Shown one piece after another: positions 26,600 through 39,013 of a stretch of DNA of 64,000 nt. Below the pieces are notes generated by a model. It was not told the origin of the DNA. It saw nothing but the letters and a program-made list of their open reading frames with translations, and made no database searches. Position numbers and translations under genes: made by a program. The stretch is taken from the NCBI GenBank assembly GCA_028534125.1, contig CM052816.1, positions 65,784,001-65,848,000 on the forward strand, written 5' to 3'. This DNA is from Lama glama. Lineage: Eukaryota. The number at the start of each line of letters is the position of its first letter. Within the stretch, counting starts at the first letter, position 1.

Positions 26600-27366
26600 G
26601 GCAAGAAAATTGATGTGTGCTGTCAGAGTCACACATTATAACTCACCCTCCAAGGTGACGCGGCAGCTCCTTGAGGGAGAAGCTGCCAAAAGCACTGAAA
26701 GTGATCTGCCTGTTTTCTTCTCACACTGACTTGCAGGGAATGCGCTGCTCTTTCAAGACCGTTAAGTCATTATGGAAGGTCTGCTAATAATGATGTTCAA
26801 CCTTGTGTCTAAGAGCAGTTAAAATGAGGAAAATGATATTTGGCAGCTGAGTTGTGTGAAATTTAGAAATCTTGGTCGAATTTCCCAGACTTGGGCATGT
26901 ATTTCCTTTTTCTAAAATAAAGACCCTCTGTTTACTTTTTTTTAACTTCACACTTGGTGGGAAGTTTCACTCAATTCAATCATACTTTTCACTGTGTGTG
27001 TGTATGTATGTGTGTGTGTGTATGTTGTGCTGTTCAGGAGTGGCATGTGACTGTGTCGTTTAATTGGAGCTCTATTTAAAAACACATTTGCAAGGGAGTG
27101 TTTCTCACGTTATTAATGAGATAAGGTCGGAGTGAAGCAAGCTGTGTCGTAAAGGGCAAGTGTCATGCAGCAGGAAGTCCTGGCCATCCTTCCAGCCCTG
27201 CTTCAGCCAGCCTGTCCCCTCCCCGGCCACACTGAGCACTGCACAGAGGAAATGCCCTCACTCAGCCATAAGTGCCTCCTGCTCCGTGTGGGGCCCTCCA
27301 GCCCCAGGGCCCTGCACCCACTCTAACTTCCTGCTGTTTCCAGCCGTCGTGGCATCTCCTTTACAA
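26600..27366 (+). promoter_or_regulatory. PDE4D: Putative PDE4D8 alternative promoter and 5'UTR
   Basis: Sequence free of interspersed repeats and locally GC/CpG-richer, directly upstream of the first coding exon. Contains TATA/MEF2-like CTATTTAAAA (27072-27081), AGATAA (27119-27124), ETS CAGGAAGT (27171-27178) and ACTTCCTG (27326-27333), and a half-CRE TGACG (26656-26660). The TSS cannot be determined from sequence. Confidence 0.6.
26993..27024. repeat. Imperfect (TG)n microsatellite upstream of the PDE4D8 exon
   Basis: tgtgtgtgtgtatgtatgtgtgtgtgtgtatg. Confidence 0.9.
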
Positions 27367-27455
27367 ATGGCATTTGTCTGGGATCCTCGGGGAGCCACAG
27401 TGCCAGGACCCTCAGCACGAGTCAAATCAAGATTGCGTTTCTCAAAGTCCTACAG
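27367..27455 (+). CDS. PDE4D: cAMP-specific phosphodiesterase 4D, isoform PDE4D8-specific first coding exon (partial CDS; splices in phase 2 to downstream common exons outside the window)
   Basis: ATG at 27367 gives MAFVWDPRGATVPGPSARVKSRLRFSKSY plus AG, then the donor CAG|GTATCG at 27455|27456. This closely matches the human PDE4D8 N-terminus as I recall it (MAFVWDPLGATVPGPSTRAKSRLRFSKSYS). The split AG codon fits the Ser at the junction with the common long-form exon (S-FDVDNG). Confidence 0.93.
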
Positions 27456-29844
27456 GTATCGCTCTTTCCTTCTTGTGGCTAGGAAGAATCTTTGTCCATC
27501 AACCTCTGTTAGCTTCAGGCCCCCTGCAAATAATCCTTTGCCCCTTCGCGTTGATCTATTCAACTTCTATTTCTTAAACTGTGTTACACTGGCGGTATGA
27601 ACTGGCAGTGTGCAAAATAGGAACTAAGAAGATGTGAACCTTAACATGGTTGGGGGGTATCTGGCACTGGCAGAAGTAGAAGGAAGTTGGCTAACTCTGA
27701 AAGCTGATTTTGGGAGTTAAAGAGTGAACTTAAAAAAGCATTTCTATAACTGGCGTCTGAAGACAAGTGTCTTAGCACGCCTAATGGACTTAATGTAGCC
27801 AAAATTGCTCACACTTTCTGTTAGCCTTTTGAATGTCAGGAAAGGATTCTTGTTTGGTTAACTGAGTAAGCAAGCAACAACAAAACACTGTGTTGTTTCA
27901 GGTCACATTCCCGTGGAAAAGTGGAAACTATCTCTGTGATCCAGGGGGCAATTCAGAGTTTTAATCTTACCCAGGAGAATTAGACACCATGAAATGGAAG
28001 TCAATATGTTAGTAATCTGTTCTTTCTAAATATTGTTGTAGAAATCATATGAAAAGTCTTGACCTCATGATCTCAACAATTTGTCAGTGACACCTTTGCT
28101 TTACATCCAAGTTAGCCTATTTCAAACAAATAACTAGAAAAAAATGACGACACAGAAAAATATTTTATTTCCTTCTTCGCTTCAGGGTTCTAGATATTTA
28201 CGTGGGAAAGACTGATTCTTCACGCATTATTTGTCTCTGATGGGTTGGTCTATAGCACTGCAAGCTATTTCATCAATAGCAAGTGGAGGTGAAACTGTCT
28301 GCAAAATCTCAAGAATAAGGTCTTTCTTATTTAGACCAAATGTAACATATCTGGAAACTATCAGGCCTATACAGAAAATGCATTAAGTTTGGAGTAAAAT
28401 GTTTTCTGATTTATTTCCGTGGAAAACATTCCAAGTTTAGATTAGAAGAATTCACAAGAATTATTTGTCTTAATTGTGAGCAATACATATATATTAGCTT
28501 CTTAAAATATAACAGAGATAATTTTTTAAAAATGTGAGCATTAATAACAAGTGCAGTATCCAGTTGTGGATAAGCTCCTAAGTAAATTAGTGGCATTCAT
28601 TATTTGATATGGAAATATTTAGTGCTTAAAATAAATGAGAATTTATATATTTAAAAAAAATTATTTGTCTTAGACTGTCAGAAAGAGAGTGCCTTTGGAA
28701 TTTTTTAAGGAACTCTAAAATCAGAGATATCAAATTATAGACTTCCCTAGTGCATAAGCAAATTTTGACAAGGGAAAAATAAAAGTTGACAGTTAAAGGT
28801 GTAAGTAGCACTTCCGTCTACTACTTTTTCAAAACAAAATAAACATTATTTATTTTTGTTAATTGTGTTAATTTGTTAAAGTTAAGAATATGATTCAACA
28901 TTAGAAATTAAATGCCTACTGTATGCTTTGCCTTCTACTGCATGCACATCTCAGGCTTCTTATGTGCTAAGTTGTATGCTCATCAAACACTTGTAAATAT
29001 TACTGTGCGTGTTTCCAACGGGTGGTGGCTTCTAGGCTCTCCTCATCACTGAGATCTGGTATCAAGTTCCTAAATACATAACTGCTGGGTATGGCGAAAG
29101 CCCTAGCACCTTGGACTAAAGAATTTCGGAAATGTCAAGAAATACAGAGTTTAAGCCCTATGGGATAATTTGCAGATATATTATAAAACTTGCCTTCTTG
29201 GTCTGCTGAAGGTTTTTCAATTTCCTTTGGTCCATTAGATCCTTTCCAAAATACAACAGGCACTGGAATGTCTAAGGATGTATTTTCTATACATTTAAAT
29301 GCCTTGCACTGCAAGTTTTAACAGGCTTCTTTCCTAACAAGTTTAAGAGGTGAGGATGACATCTTGAATAGCCATCATGGGCCAGTCTCTCTTGAAACTT
29401 GAGAGACTTTGTCACTCATTCATTTGCTTTTAATCTGAATATGAATTGCCCATGTAATGGTCAATTTAATTATTTATATGTACTGTCTTTACTGTTCTGG
29501 GAGTCCTGTTTTTGTCTCCCCATTTGAACTATACATTTTTTGAGGCCAGAGGCTCCCTTATGTGCCACGGGAATGTCATTCATGCATCTTTGATGAAGCA
29601 TCTTACTACACTTTCTTAGTTGGTATGACCCTTTTGTTCAGAAAAGCAGCTTGCTGATAGGATCAGGGCCTATCACGGCCAAGAGTCTGGTGGAAGATTC
29701 TGGAGCTGGGACAGCACGTGGATGCTCTGATCTCACATTTTCAGTGGTTTCTCTGTGCTCAAACGGATTATGCTTTCAGCCACAGCATTGTACTGACAGT
29801 AAAGAAAAAGGATGCTTATCATATAGCTTTAAACTTTTAACAGA

Positions 29845-29998
29845 TTATATAGCACAGGGAACTGTATTCAATATCTTGTAGTAACCTATAATGAAAAAGA
29901 ATATGAAAAGGAATACATGTATATATGCCTGAAACATTATGCTGTACACCAGAAATTGACACATTGTAACTGACTATACTTCAATTTAAAAAAAACAA
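29845..29998 (+). mobile_element. Short L1 3' end with perfect 14-bp TSD
   Basis: ATAGCACAGGGAACTGTATTCAATATCTTG...ACTTCAATTTAAAAAA; AAACTTTTAACAGA at 29831-29844 and 29999-30012. Confidence 0.9.
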
Positions 29999-30057
29999 AA
30001 ACTTTTAACAGACCACACCACCTCAAATGCACCATGAGTCAAAGTATTTATGTATGT

Positions 30058-30096
30058 ACACACACACACACACACGCACACACGCACACACACACT
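30058..30096. repeat. (CA)n microsatellite, imperfect
   Basis: Directly visible. Confidence 0.95.
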
Positions 30097-30303
30097 TAAA
30101 TTCTGCAGTTATCTTCTGAATGGCACAGTTTCATTGCATAGCATTACTGGAGTTAAAAGTGTTAAGCTATTTGACATAAGCATTTAAAATATCCCACAAT
30201 TTGGCAACCCAGTTTTTGTATTTCTTCATTTCTTTGTTAACATCTGAGATCCTTAAAATGTGGAAGTCACTTCAGCTTATCTTGACCTTTGAGAGGCCTT
30301 AGA

Positions 30304-30408
30304 AAGGGGGGAGGGTATAGCTCAGTGGTAGAGCACATGCTTAGCATGCACAAGGTCCTGGGTTCAATCCCTGGTACTGCCATTAAAAAAAAAAAAAGGA
30401 TAAATGCA
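30304..30408 (+). mobile_element. tRNA-Ala(AGC)-derived SINE (vic-1-like, short form)
   Basis: GGGGGGAGGGTATAGCTCAGTGGTAGAGCACATGCTTAGCATGCACAAGGTCCTGGGTTCAATCCC plus poly(A); TSD AGGCCTTAGA at 30294-30303 and 30409-30418. Confidence 0.9.
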
Positions 30409-32094
30409 AGGCCTTAGATACAATTCCACTATTGAAGCAACTGGAATACTTGGGCATTAGCCAACATTTCTGTATTGAATTTCTCCTTTACAAGTTTGTT
30501 TGTTTAAGAAAAATAATTGTATATTCTGTAAGATCCTCACACGCATCTAGGATAGTGTCATTTTTTTTTTCCCCTTTGGAGATTGAATGGATATCCTGTG
30601 TGATCCAGGTGATACACATGGCTTTAAACTGAAATGTTTTTCTTGGCATTGTTTTCCCTCCCTGGGAAAGGATGAAGGAAAGCCAAGTCTGTAGAGAGTC
30701 TTATTGGTTAAAGTAACAGCAAATCATATACATTTGATGAATGTTGATCTCTGAGAAATACCTTGGGAGTTATACAATGCTTACAAAAGAGTTGAAAGTG
30801 GTTTTTCAGCAGTGATGAGTTTGTATGTTTTGTGGGTAAAGTACACTTTTAGAGCGAGCCAAATAATGATTAACATATAGCTTATTAATCCAAATTTATT
30901 TTGATGTAGAAAGGGAGAGAGAAAGAAAGAGAGGAGAGAGAGGCACAGATACAGAGTCAGAGACAGGAAGAGGATTACATAATAAGAAGACTGTTTTCCC
31001 TCTGAGGGCCTGGATTCATTACTTTAGAGCCACACCTCTCATATCTGTTTTAGAGGAGGGAGGGGAGTGATGTACTCACATCAGATCTGAGAAAACAATG
31101 TGAATGAGTGAACTCATATTAAAGGTTTAAATATAACACCTAAAAAAAAAATGGAAGAAAATAACCTGAGAAGCAAAGAAACAACAAGGAGCTAAGACTT
31201 AGCAGGTTGGTGGACTCTGACAGCTCCCCAAGGGAACGCTGGGATATTTTGTCTTTTTAAAAACATTATTGTTTAAAATTATAGTAATATGCAAGGAAAC
31301 TTTAAATAGGAAGTTACTCTTCCAGAGATGCTCTTGTCTTCCAATCAGAACAAGTCACACAACTTTTTCCTGTCTTCTCAAACAGGCCTGTTGAAAGGGA
31401 CATTTTATGTGATGAGCATGGGATGGGTGCTATACAAATAGAACACCATCCAGGACACCTTTCTGGGCAGGTGTTTCACTGATGTCCCACAGGCGAGCAG
31501 CAGAAAGCACATTTTTCTTGCCCCTTACACTAATAGATGTCATGGGATCTACTACATAATTGAATATGTGCTGGGACAAAAAACCCTAGATAACCTTAAA
31601 TCCTCCCCTGTACTTGTCTTAGAAAGTGATGCTCAAATCTGCTATAGATCTACTATCTGGAGATTTTATAGTAGCAGATATGAGCAGGGCCCATAGGAGA
31701 ATGCAGTCTCTTAGCTCTCTTTGTTCCTACCAAAACCAAAGTTTTGCACATCAGTGGTTGTCAAGTTAAACGTCGAAATGCTCACTAGAAAATGCTGGCT
31801 AGAGCCCAAGTCTTAGAAAGAGAAATGAGTACCACCCCAACAAATCAATACATTGGAATGTACCTTTGTAAGTATCATATGAGTACCTCCTATTGTATAG
31901 CATTTTCTAAAAAATAACAGATATTAATAACTGCTCTTTTTAGTGTTCTGTTCCATAGCTTATCTCATTCAGTTTTTTAGGGTAAGTGAAGAGGATGAGT
32001 GTAATTATAAGAAAAGAAGAATTGGAGGTTCAGGGATCAGAAGTTACACAACACACATGTAGTCAGAAGTCCTGAGTAAGAGCAAGAAGATCTA

Positions 32095-32295
32095 ATTTGT
32101 GCTGAGAATTTATTTTGTGCTGTATTCCCAGGGCTGTACATATGTTATCTCATTTCATCCTGCAGAACAATCCCACCAGGGAGACTAGCAGTGCCTTTAT
32201 CTTACAGATGAGGAAGCTAGGCAGAGAGAATTTACGAAACTTGCCCAAGTTTGACCCCTGGCAGTCTGCCGTAGAGGCCAGACGTCTAGTTACTC
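32095..32295 (-). mobile_element. MIR
   Basis: ATCTCATTTCATCCTGCAGAACAATCC...TTACAGATGAGGAAGCTAG...AACTTGCCCAAG. Confidence 0.75.
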
Positions 32296-34080
32296 TCCAG
32301 CCTCCCGTTTCCTGGCTAGATCCTCTCATCACCACACAAGGAAGTTCCATAATTAGAGGTGTCATTCTAATACACTGAACTGTCCTCATTTACTTAACTC
32401 AGAATCTGCCTCTGAAAAAAGAACACCTTGTAATTTGATATAGAACAGGGCTTAGTGATCAATCAAAACATAAAATTATTAAATAATGTTTAAACAGTCT
32501 TCTAACCTGATTGAGATTGGTTTAAAGTAGTGTTAAGCAAAAGTATCCAAATATAAGTGTTTCTCAAGGGAAAGAAAAAAGAAGCTAATCAATGATTTTT
32601 GTGGCCAGCTTCTGTCTTTCACCTGGGTTTTGCTTCGTGGACTCCCATCTGGCTCATTTCATGTGGCCAGAAACACTGGTCATGTGGTTGTATTTTACTG
32701 CCAAAATGTTGCTCCTTGGCCAGCTGTTTGGAGGAGTCAGAAGGTTCTCTGAGCTACAGAGGTCGACTTCATCCTGTATCGTGCCTATTTATTCCTCTGC
32801 CACCCATTTTGAGTATTAAGATGGCATTCTCAATGACATTCCAAATTGTGAGTAATATTAGCCACATGGAAAATGAGTAAAACAGTTCCACTAATAGGCA
32901 ACACAACCATCATATGAGAATAACAGTATTGGTTACCGAGCATGGCACAGTGTGAGAGAGGAGGGAGACTTTGGCTTTAGGGCCAAACAGATCAAGCTTG
33001 AATGGCAACTCTGCTGCTTTCCTGACTGGACAATTTCCTAACCTCCATTAGCAGACTCCTTGTCTGTCAGTGGAAAATAAAAATGTCTACTTCAAAGGGC
33101 TGGTGTGCCCTTAAATGGAAAATGTACCTTAAAGTAGGCCTGCCTGCCACTTCTTTAATAGCATTGTCTCCATTTCCAATTGTGTGATGCTTCTTTTGTA
33201 AATTACTTTGAGGTTAGCTGTTATCATTGGAACCACTCTTGGTTACAGAAGAGCACATAGAGCTGGTCTATAAACAACTCCCTATAACTAACTTGCACAC
33301 AGAAAATGAAGCTCACCTTGACAGGTGTGGGGGGTAGTGGTTGAGAGAAGGTTGGCTCTCCATTTGCATTGCTGAGGTCTCAGTGTCCACACTTTCACTT
33401 CCAGCTATGAGACGCTGGTCAAGCTATTTCACATCAGTGGGCCTTAGTTTCCTTATCTGTTAAATGGAAGAATGTGAGCATTGTGTGTTAGTCGTATGTC
33501 ATGCCTGGCACATAGACAATCCTAAAATTAAGTTACTTATTATAAATACATACTAGGATGGAAGCTCCATGTGGCAGCAATTTTTATATATTTTTTCCAC
33601 CTCTGTATTGCCAGTGCCTGGATAGGTGTGTGGCATATGGTAGGTGCTGGCTGTCTATGTATTAAACGAATGATGTGATCAGCCAATGTATTTAGACCCC
33701 CGACAAGAGTGAGGATGCTCTGCTTCCTCTCCCCATATTCATGGAACAGAAGATTAAAGCTGAAGAGGCCCCAGAGCTCGTCTGCTCAACCCCATCAGCC
33801 AACATTGAAAAGCCCTAAGACCTCTCTAGCTCTTGAGTGTGTGAAGTAAATAGAATGCAAAAGACAGACATCCCAAAATAACAAATGTGTAAGCCACCTT
33901 CCCAAAAGAAAGCCTGGCAGTGAACCTGAAAAGGAGAAGCTCTGTGTGGGGCTAGAGGAACAAACTCTGTAAGAACTAATGTGACCATGAATAAAACACT
34001 TGAATACAATCAGAATTCAGACAAAAGATAGATGCGTTCATTCAGAGACCATTTGTTAAACACCAATGATAAGGATGGTG

Positions 34081-34465
34081 AGTGACATGCTGGTGAATGT
34101 TAACAGCCAGTTCTCTTTGAAGACACCAGAAAAGCTTGTGTGTTGTATCTACTGAGTTCTGTGGCAACAATTCTCCCACTAGCTCATGTCAAGCCACAGA
34201 GGTCACTAAATGTAGAGTTGGCAAGAGATGCAATAGATGTAAATAACCCACAAGAACATAGATAATAGTAAAATGCAGTCAAAATATTATGAATGATGAG
34301 TTTTGAATATTTAATACCATTCTTTCCAACATAATTTCTTTATTGGTAAGTTTATGTAATTTAACTTTTAATGATGGCGAGGTATGACAACCAACTTAGA
34401 AATACTCCTAAAAATTTTACAGTCCACTTTTGCCAACTAGTATGGATGGCTCCAGCATGCACCTG
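34081..34465 (-). mobile_element. hAT MITE (MER63-like)
   Basis: TGCTGGTGAATGTTAACAGCCAG start, GATGAGTTTTGAATATTTAATACC core, GGCTCCAGCATGCACCTG end. Confidence 0.7.
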
Positions 34466-34916
34466 TGCCTGGTACTTTATCAGCCACCTAAAAATATTTA
34501 CCTTATATTAGGAATATAATGAGGAGGAAAATGGATGGGTCTCTGCTCTCATGAAGTTTACATTCTAGTGGAGGAAGGTAGAAAATAGACAATTTAACAA
34601 CTAAATAAAATAGGGACTGGGATAGGAAATTCTTCTTGGGAAATTCAAAGGAGGCTTCTTCATAGAGAAAATAACTATTTATTTGTAAGTTAAAACATAT
34701 CCATTCCATACATCCATAAGTACATCTGTAGTACTAGGCAGACAAGATGTAACTCAGAATTGTACCAAGTTGATGGGACCATATGTACGGGTTGTAATGT
34801 CATCACTGACTGTGCTCTTGGTCAGATTAGACTCCCAGTCTCTTGAGTGAATTTGCCTTTGCTTCACCTTTATTGTAAAAATATAAGGAAGAGGAAGAGG
34901 AGGGGCAGTGTACATA

Positions 34917-34935
34917 GACCAAAAACCTATACTAG

Positions 34936-34978
<43 letters not shown>

Positions 34979-35159
34979 GGAATCCAAACATAGCACTAAA
35001 GATGGTCATCAAACCACAAGAGAACAAAAGAAGAAAGGAACACAAAAGATTAACAAAACAATTAACAAAATGGCAATAAGAACGTACGTATCAATAATCA
35101 CTTTACATGTAAATGGACTAAACCCTCCCAAAAGACATAGAGTGGCTGAATGGATACAA
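34917..35159 (+). mobile_element. Internal L1 fragment (inter-ORF spacer plus start of ORF2 endonuclease)
   Basis: ATG at 35070 gives MAIRTYVSIITLHVNGLNPPKRHRVAEWIQ, the L1 ORF2 endonuclease N-terminal motif. Confidence 0.88.
34938..34976. repeat. (CA)n microsatellite inside the L1 fragment
   Basis: Perfect CA run. Confidence 0.95.
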
Positions 35160-36377
35160 TATATTTTGAATTACATTTTTTTCATCTAATCCTCAAAAGG
35201 GTTCATATGTAGACAATATTAAAGTGAAAAAATTGAAATTTAAAAATTGATAGCAGTATTGTGTCGTATAGTAGTACCTTTTCTTCCTTGGTGTATCTGT
35301 CTATGTCTGCCCCTCAAACAGAGATGCCTTAAGCTAGAGGAATTATGTGATGAATTTTCAGTTTCCAAAAGTAATCATACAAATGTAAAATCTTGGATTA
35401 GAAGGAAAGCTAGCTAGCCAGACCAAACTTTTCCCTAACACATAAATTTTTAGGATGATGCCTGTAAATATTAGCTTTCTGATGCTTGTTGCTTGATCCC
35501 TTTTGGCAATTAACTTGTCTTTAACTGAGTTGTGGATCATCCACTGAACATTGTTATGGATAACAGAATGTGGTGGCAGAATTTGTTAATATAGGATAAC
35601 AAAATAGATTGGCTGGGAGGAGAGGTTTAACTCTAAAATATCCTTGGTTTTCAGGGATTTTTCTTTTCATGTATGGCAGTGTTTAGATAGAGAATGAAAA
35701 ACTAGCTGAATCTGATTCATGTTCTCATCCAAAGGGAAGATTTATGTCCTGTTTAAGAATCCCATTAGTTCGATGACGTAAATACGTTCTCTAATGAAAG
35801 GGTGGTCACTTTAGGGGAGAGAAAAACATAACAAAAAAAATCCTTCTGCCATCTTTGGGCTGTACTTGACAAAAAGCTCTCATCTGTGGGTTCCACGCAG
35901 TATCACTGCCCGGATCTCAGACAAACTACAAGAGGAAAACATTTCATCGCTCACATAACCATTTTATTTCTGTACCTTACTGTTTCCTGGAAAATGACTA
36001 GATATTTCCCTGCCATAACTTTCCTTAGCTCTTTGTCGTAAAGTTCAAAATGTCTTGAGCAAAGGTGGTTGCCTGTTGCCAGTGGTACTGCTGCCAGTGG
36101 GCGTGGTTTTGCCTGTCTTCCCTTGTCAAGGACAAAAATAACCCTGTACGACTTCTGTTGTATGTGCTGCTTTCCTCACCCTTGGCTGAAATACTCAGGG
36201 ACAAGGAACATCAGATTTCTCCCGCTAAAGAAATCCGTGTGAGCTGAGACAACAGAAACGTCAGGGAGATCTGACTTGCAGAAAGAAGTTACTGGCTGGG
36301 AAGACAGATTGTCTTTTGTTTGGGAATGAACTGAGAAGGCTTAATGTGTGTGTTAGCTCTATATGCCTTTAAAAAAA

Positions 36378-36435
36378 TGTACACTGGAAATTAACACAAC
36401 ATTGTAAATGGACTATACTTCAATTAAAAAAAAAC
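36378..36435 (+). mobile_element. Very short L1 3' tip
   Basis: TGTACACTGGAAATTAACACAACATTGTAAATGGACTATACTTCAATTAAAAAAAA matches the ends of the other L1 copies. Confidence 0.75.
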
Positions 36436-36589
36436 TGTATCTTGCCTTCTCAGTGTTGGTAGAAAAGGAAGGGGCTCTCTTTCTTTGTTAAATTATGTAT
36501 ATGTAACCCTTGGCACTCTTTGAGAATCTAATTAGTATATGATGGATTATGAATTGGCTAGTAAGTGAGAAAAAAATGCGTAGCTAATT

Positions 36590-37170
36590 TTACTCATGTA
36601 ATCAGTACTCAGTTCCCAAGGATACTAACTCCCAACTCATGCTTCCCTCCAGTCACTATGATTCTGAAGATAACCACTGTCTTAACTTAGAAGAGCATAG
36701 ATTTGTTTTGCTGGTTTTGTGCTTTTTATGAATGGAATTATACAATATAAACTCTTCTGTGTTGACTTCTTTTGATCAAAAGATATTTATGATAGTGATA
36801 CATTATGATAGTGAGATTTGTCTACATTGTTTTGTGTGGCTGTAGACTGTTCATTCTCATTGTGATAGTATCACATCGAGTAAATATACTGCAAATTCTA
36901 TTAGTGGTGGACACCTGGGTGTTCCAGTTTGAGGCTATTATGAAGAGAGCTGCTCTGAACATTCTAGGATGTCATTTGTTAAACAGATGTGCATGTAGTA
37001 TGGGTAAGTTTGTGTGCATACACTTATGCTGGGTGTAGTCCAAGGAGTGGAATTTCTGGGTTGTAGGTTGTATGCATGTTTTTAGCTTTTGCCAAATAGA
37101 TTTCCAAAATGGTCGTATCACTTACATAATCCCCAAAGCAGTGTTCCAGTTTTCCATGTGCTCACCAAAG
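36590..37170 (-). mobile_element. Old L1 (L1MC/ME-like) fragment
   Basis: ATAACCACTGTCTTAACT...ATGAATGGAATTATACAATAT...GTTCCAGTTTGAGGCTATTATGAA antisense old-L1 pattern. Confidence 0.7.
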
Positions 37171-39013
37171 TGTAGGCCATCGAGGTCTTCCATTTTCAAT
37201 GACAGCCTCTTAATAAAGGATTACTTAGTAATAGCAGTGTCATATAATGTGTCTTATTTATGGAGATGGATCTTCTGATCAATTGGACCTATTTTTTCAG
37301 GAATAACATGGGTAATAGTGAGCCATTCACACTCTGTTTCACATCATGATGAATAACGTAAATGTGAAATGAGTGACTATAGTAGAAAACTTGGCCAATT
37401 GTGCAGAAATAGAACTTTCTCTTTGACCCATATTCAGTTTAAATCTATGATCTTTCCCTTACATATCGTCCATATTCGTTTATCAAGAATCACTGTTAGC
37501 AAAACCAATTTGTGATCTTAATTTTAAAATTGCCATCTCTACTTCAGTTCTAGTTATATATCCTGTGCTCAGTTTAAATCCTATTTTCTCTTCCATAAAT
37601 TATTTCTTAGAAACATTGTTTTGGACTTTTCCTAAGTCATTGTAACCAGGTTAAACACAAAAACAAGTACATAGGCAATGTAAGTCACGATACAGTAAAT
37701 ATGGATTGCTTTTTTAAAGATTTTTTCAGCTCATGCACTTAAGTCAGTTTATTCCTTTGTTCCCTTTCCTCTTTCTTTGTCATTCCTGTTTTTTTTTTTA
37801 ATGTCATATTCTGGTGACATATAATCCTCTTTTGTATGTCATCGCCACTAAGGTTTATTCTAAACTGATGATATCAGTCTGACTTCTGGTGTATCAAGTA
37901 AGCGGGCTGACCCAGGTTCAGCTTGTACCGTGTTAAAATGGGATCGTTGATTTCTAGATGATGGTTGGAGAAATGCAGCATGTGTAGTAACTGTGGGTCC
38001 TAATTCTTGAAGCTTTCAAAATCCAATCCTAATGCTCTCTAATTGGTGGCATATTAGGTAGAATAATAATGGAAAGTCAAGGCAGGGAAAAGTGTATTCT
38101 AGGGGTTTCATGACATGAAATAATATATACTTTATTACCAGACAGATACTTGAAATCATGAACTTTGAAAAATAAGTGTCAGAAATTGGGAAAGGAATTA
38201 AGGATTTATAATGATTTTCTTTTAAAGTTTAATCTCTACCTTAGTGGGCTCTGGATGTTGTTATATTTAAATTTTAGATTCCTTAGAAGTGAGATTTTCC
38301 TAAAAATATAATCCTCAGAACCAGCATTTCTCAGTGCCTAAGTTATTCCCTGGGTCTGGCCAGAAGTTGTATTAATTTTTTCAGGTGGCTAAAATATTAT
38401 TTCCTCTATAAACCAAGTAGTAGCTTAGAATAGCTAGTCATTTGATCAGTGATAAATTAAAATTTATTAATGTGGCATGGTAAATTAAAGTTCCCAGGAT
38501 TCATTTTACCCAATATTTCAACCCAGCAAATGTTTCAGTAAAACTACTGGAGAAAAGCAGAATGATTGATTCTTGTTTTCAACTCCCTGTTGTCCTGCTG
38601 GCTGCCACGATAAATTATGAAACATCCAAATTCAAGAGAAGGAGGGTCACTAGGGATAAAGATCATCCTCTAAGTAAATAATCAGCCCCATATTCACTGA
38701 ATACAGATTGATCCACTGGCATAATGAAGTTCAGCCTCCACTGGAGTAACTCACTCTGAGAAGGTGCCTTATGGAAGAATCTGCAGCAAAATAAAACTTG
38801 GGAAAATAAAGTAAGCAAAGGACATGGTACTTTTCAGGCTTTATTCTTATCGTGGAAATATTTTGCCTTGCTTCTTTTTCTTTCCTGATCATTTTACTAT
38901 ATTTGAATGAATATCTAGCTTAAGTCCAGCACCAGAAATTGAAGAGAACTTAATATTTTTTCTGAAAAGAACAAGGCAATTTATAATCACATACTAAATG
39001 ATATGGCTTAGGT

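Noticed and set aside
27160..27600. 146-aa ORF as a complete protein
   Set aside because: It starts at GTG in promoter or UTR sequence and reads through the donor at 27455. Only 27367-27455 matches PDE4D8.
30306..30382. Functional tRNA-Ala(AGC) gene
   Set aside because: A poly(A) tail, TSD, poorly paired acceptor stem and sibling copies in the window show it is a SINE.
31960..31987. TTTTTTAG-G-GTAAGT
   Set aside because: An upstream AG interrupts a short tract and the donor is offset by 1 nt; not a convincing splice unit.
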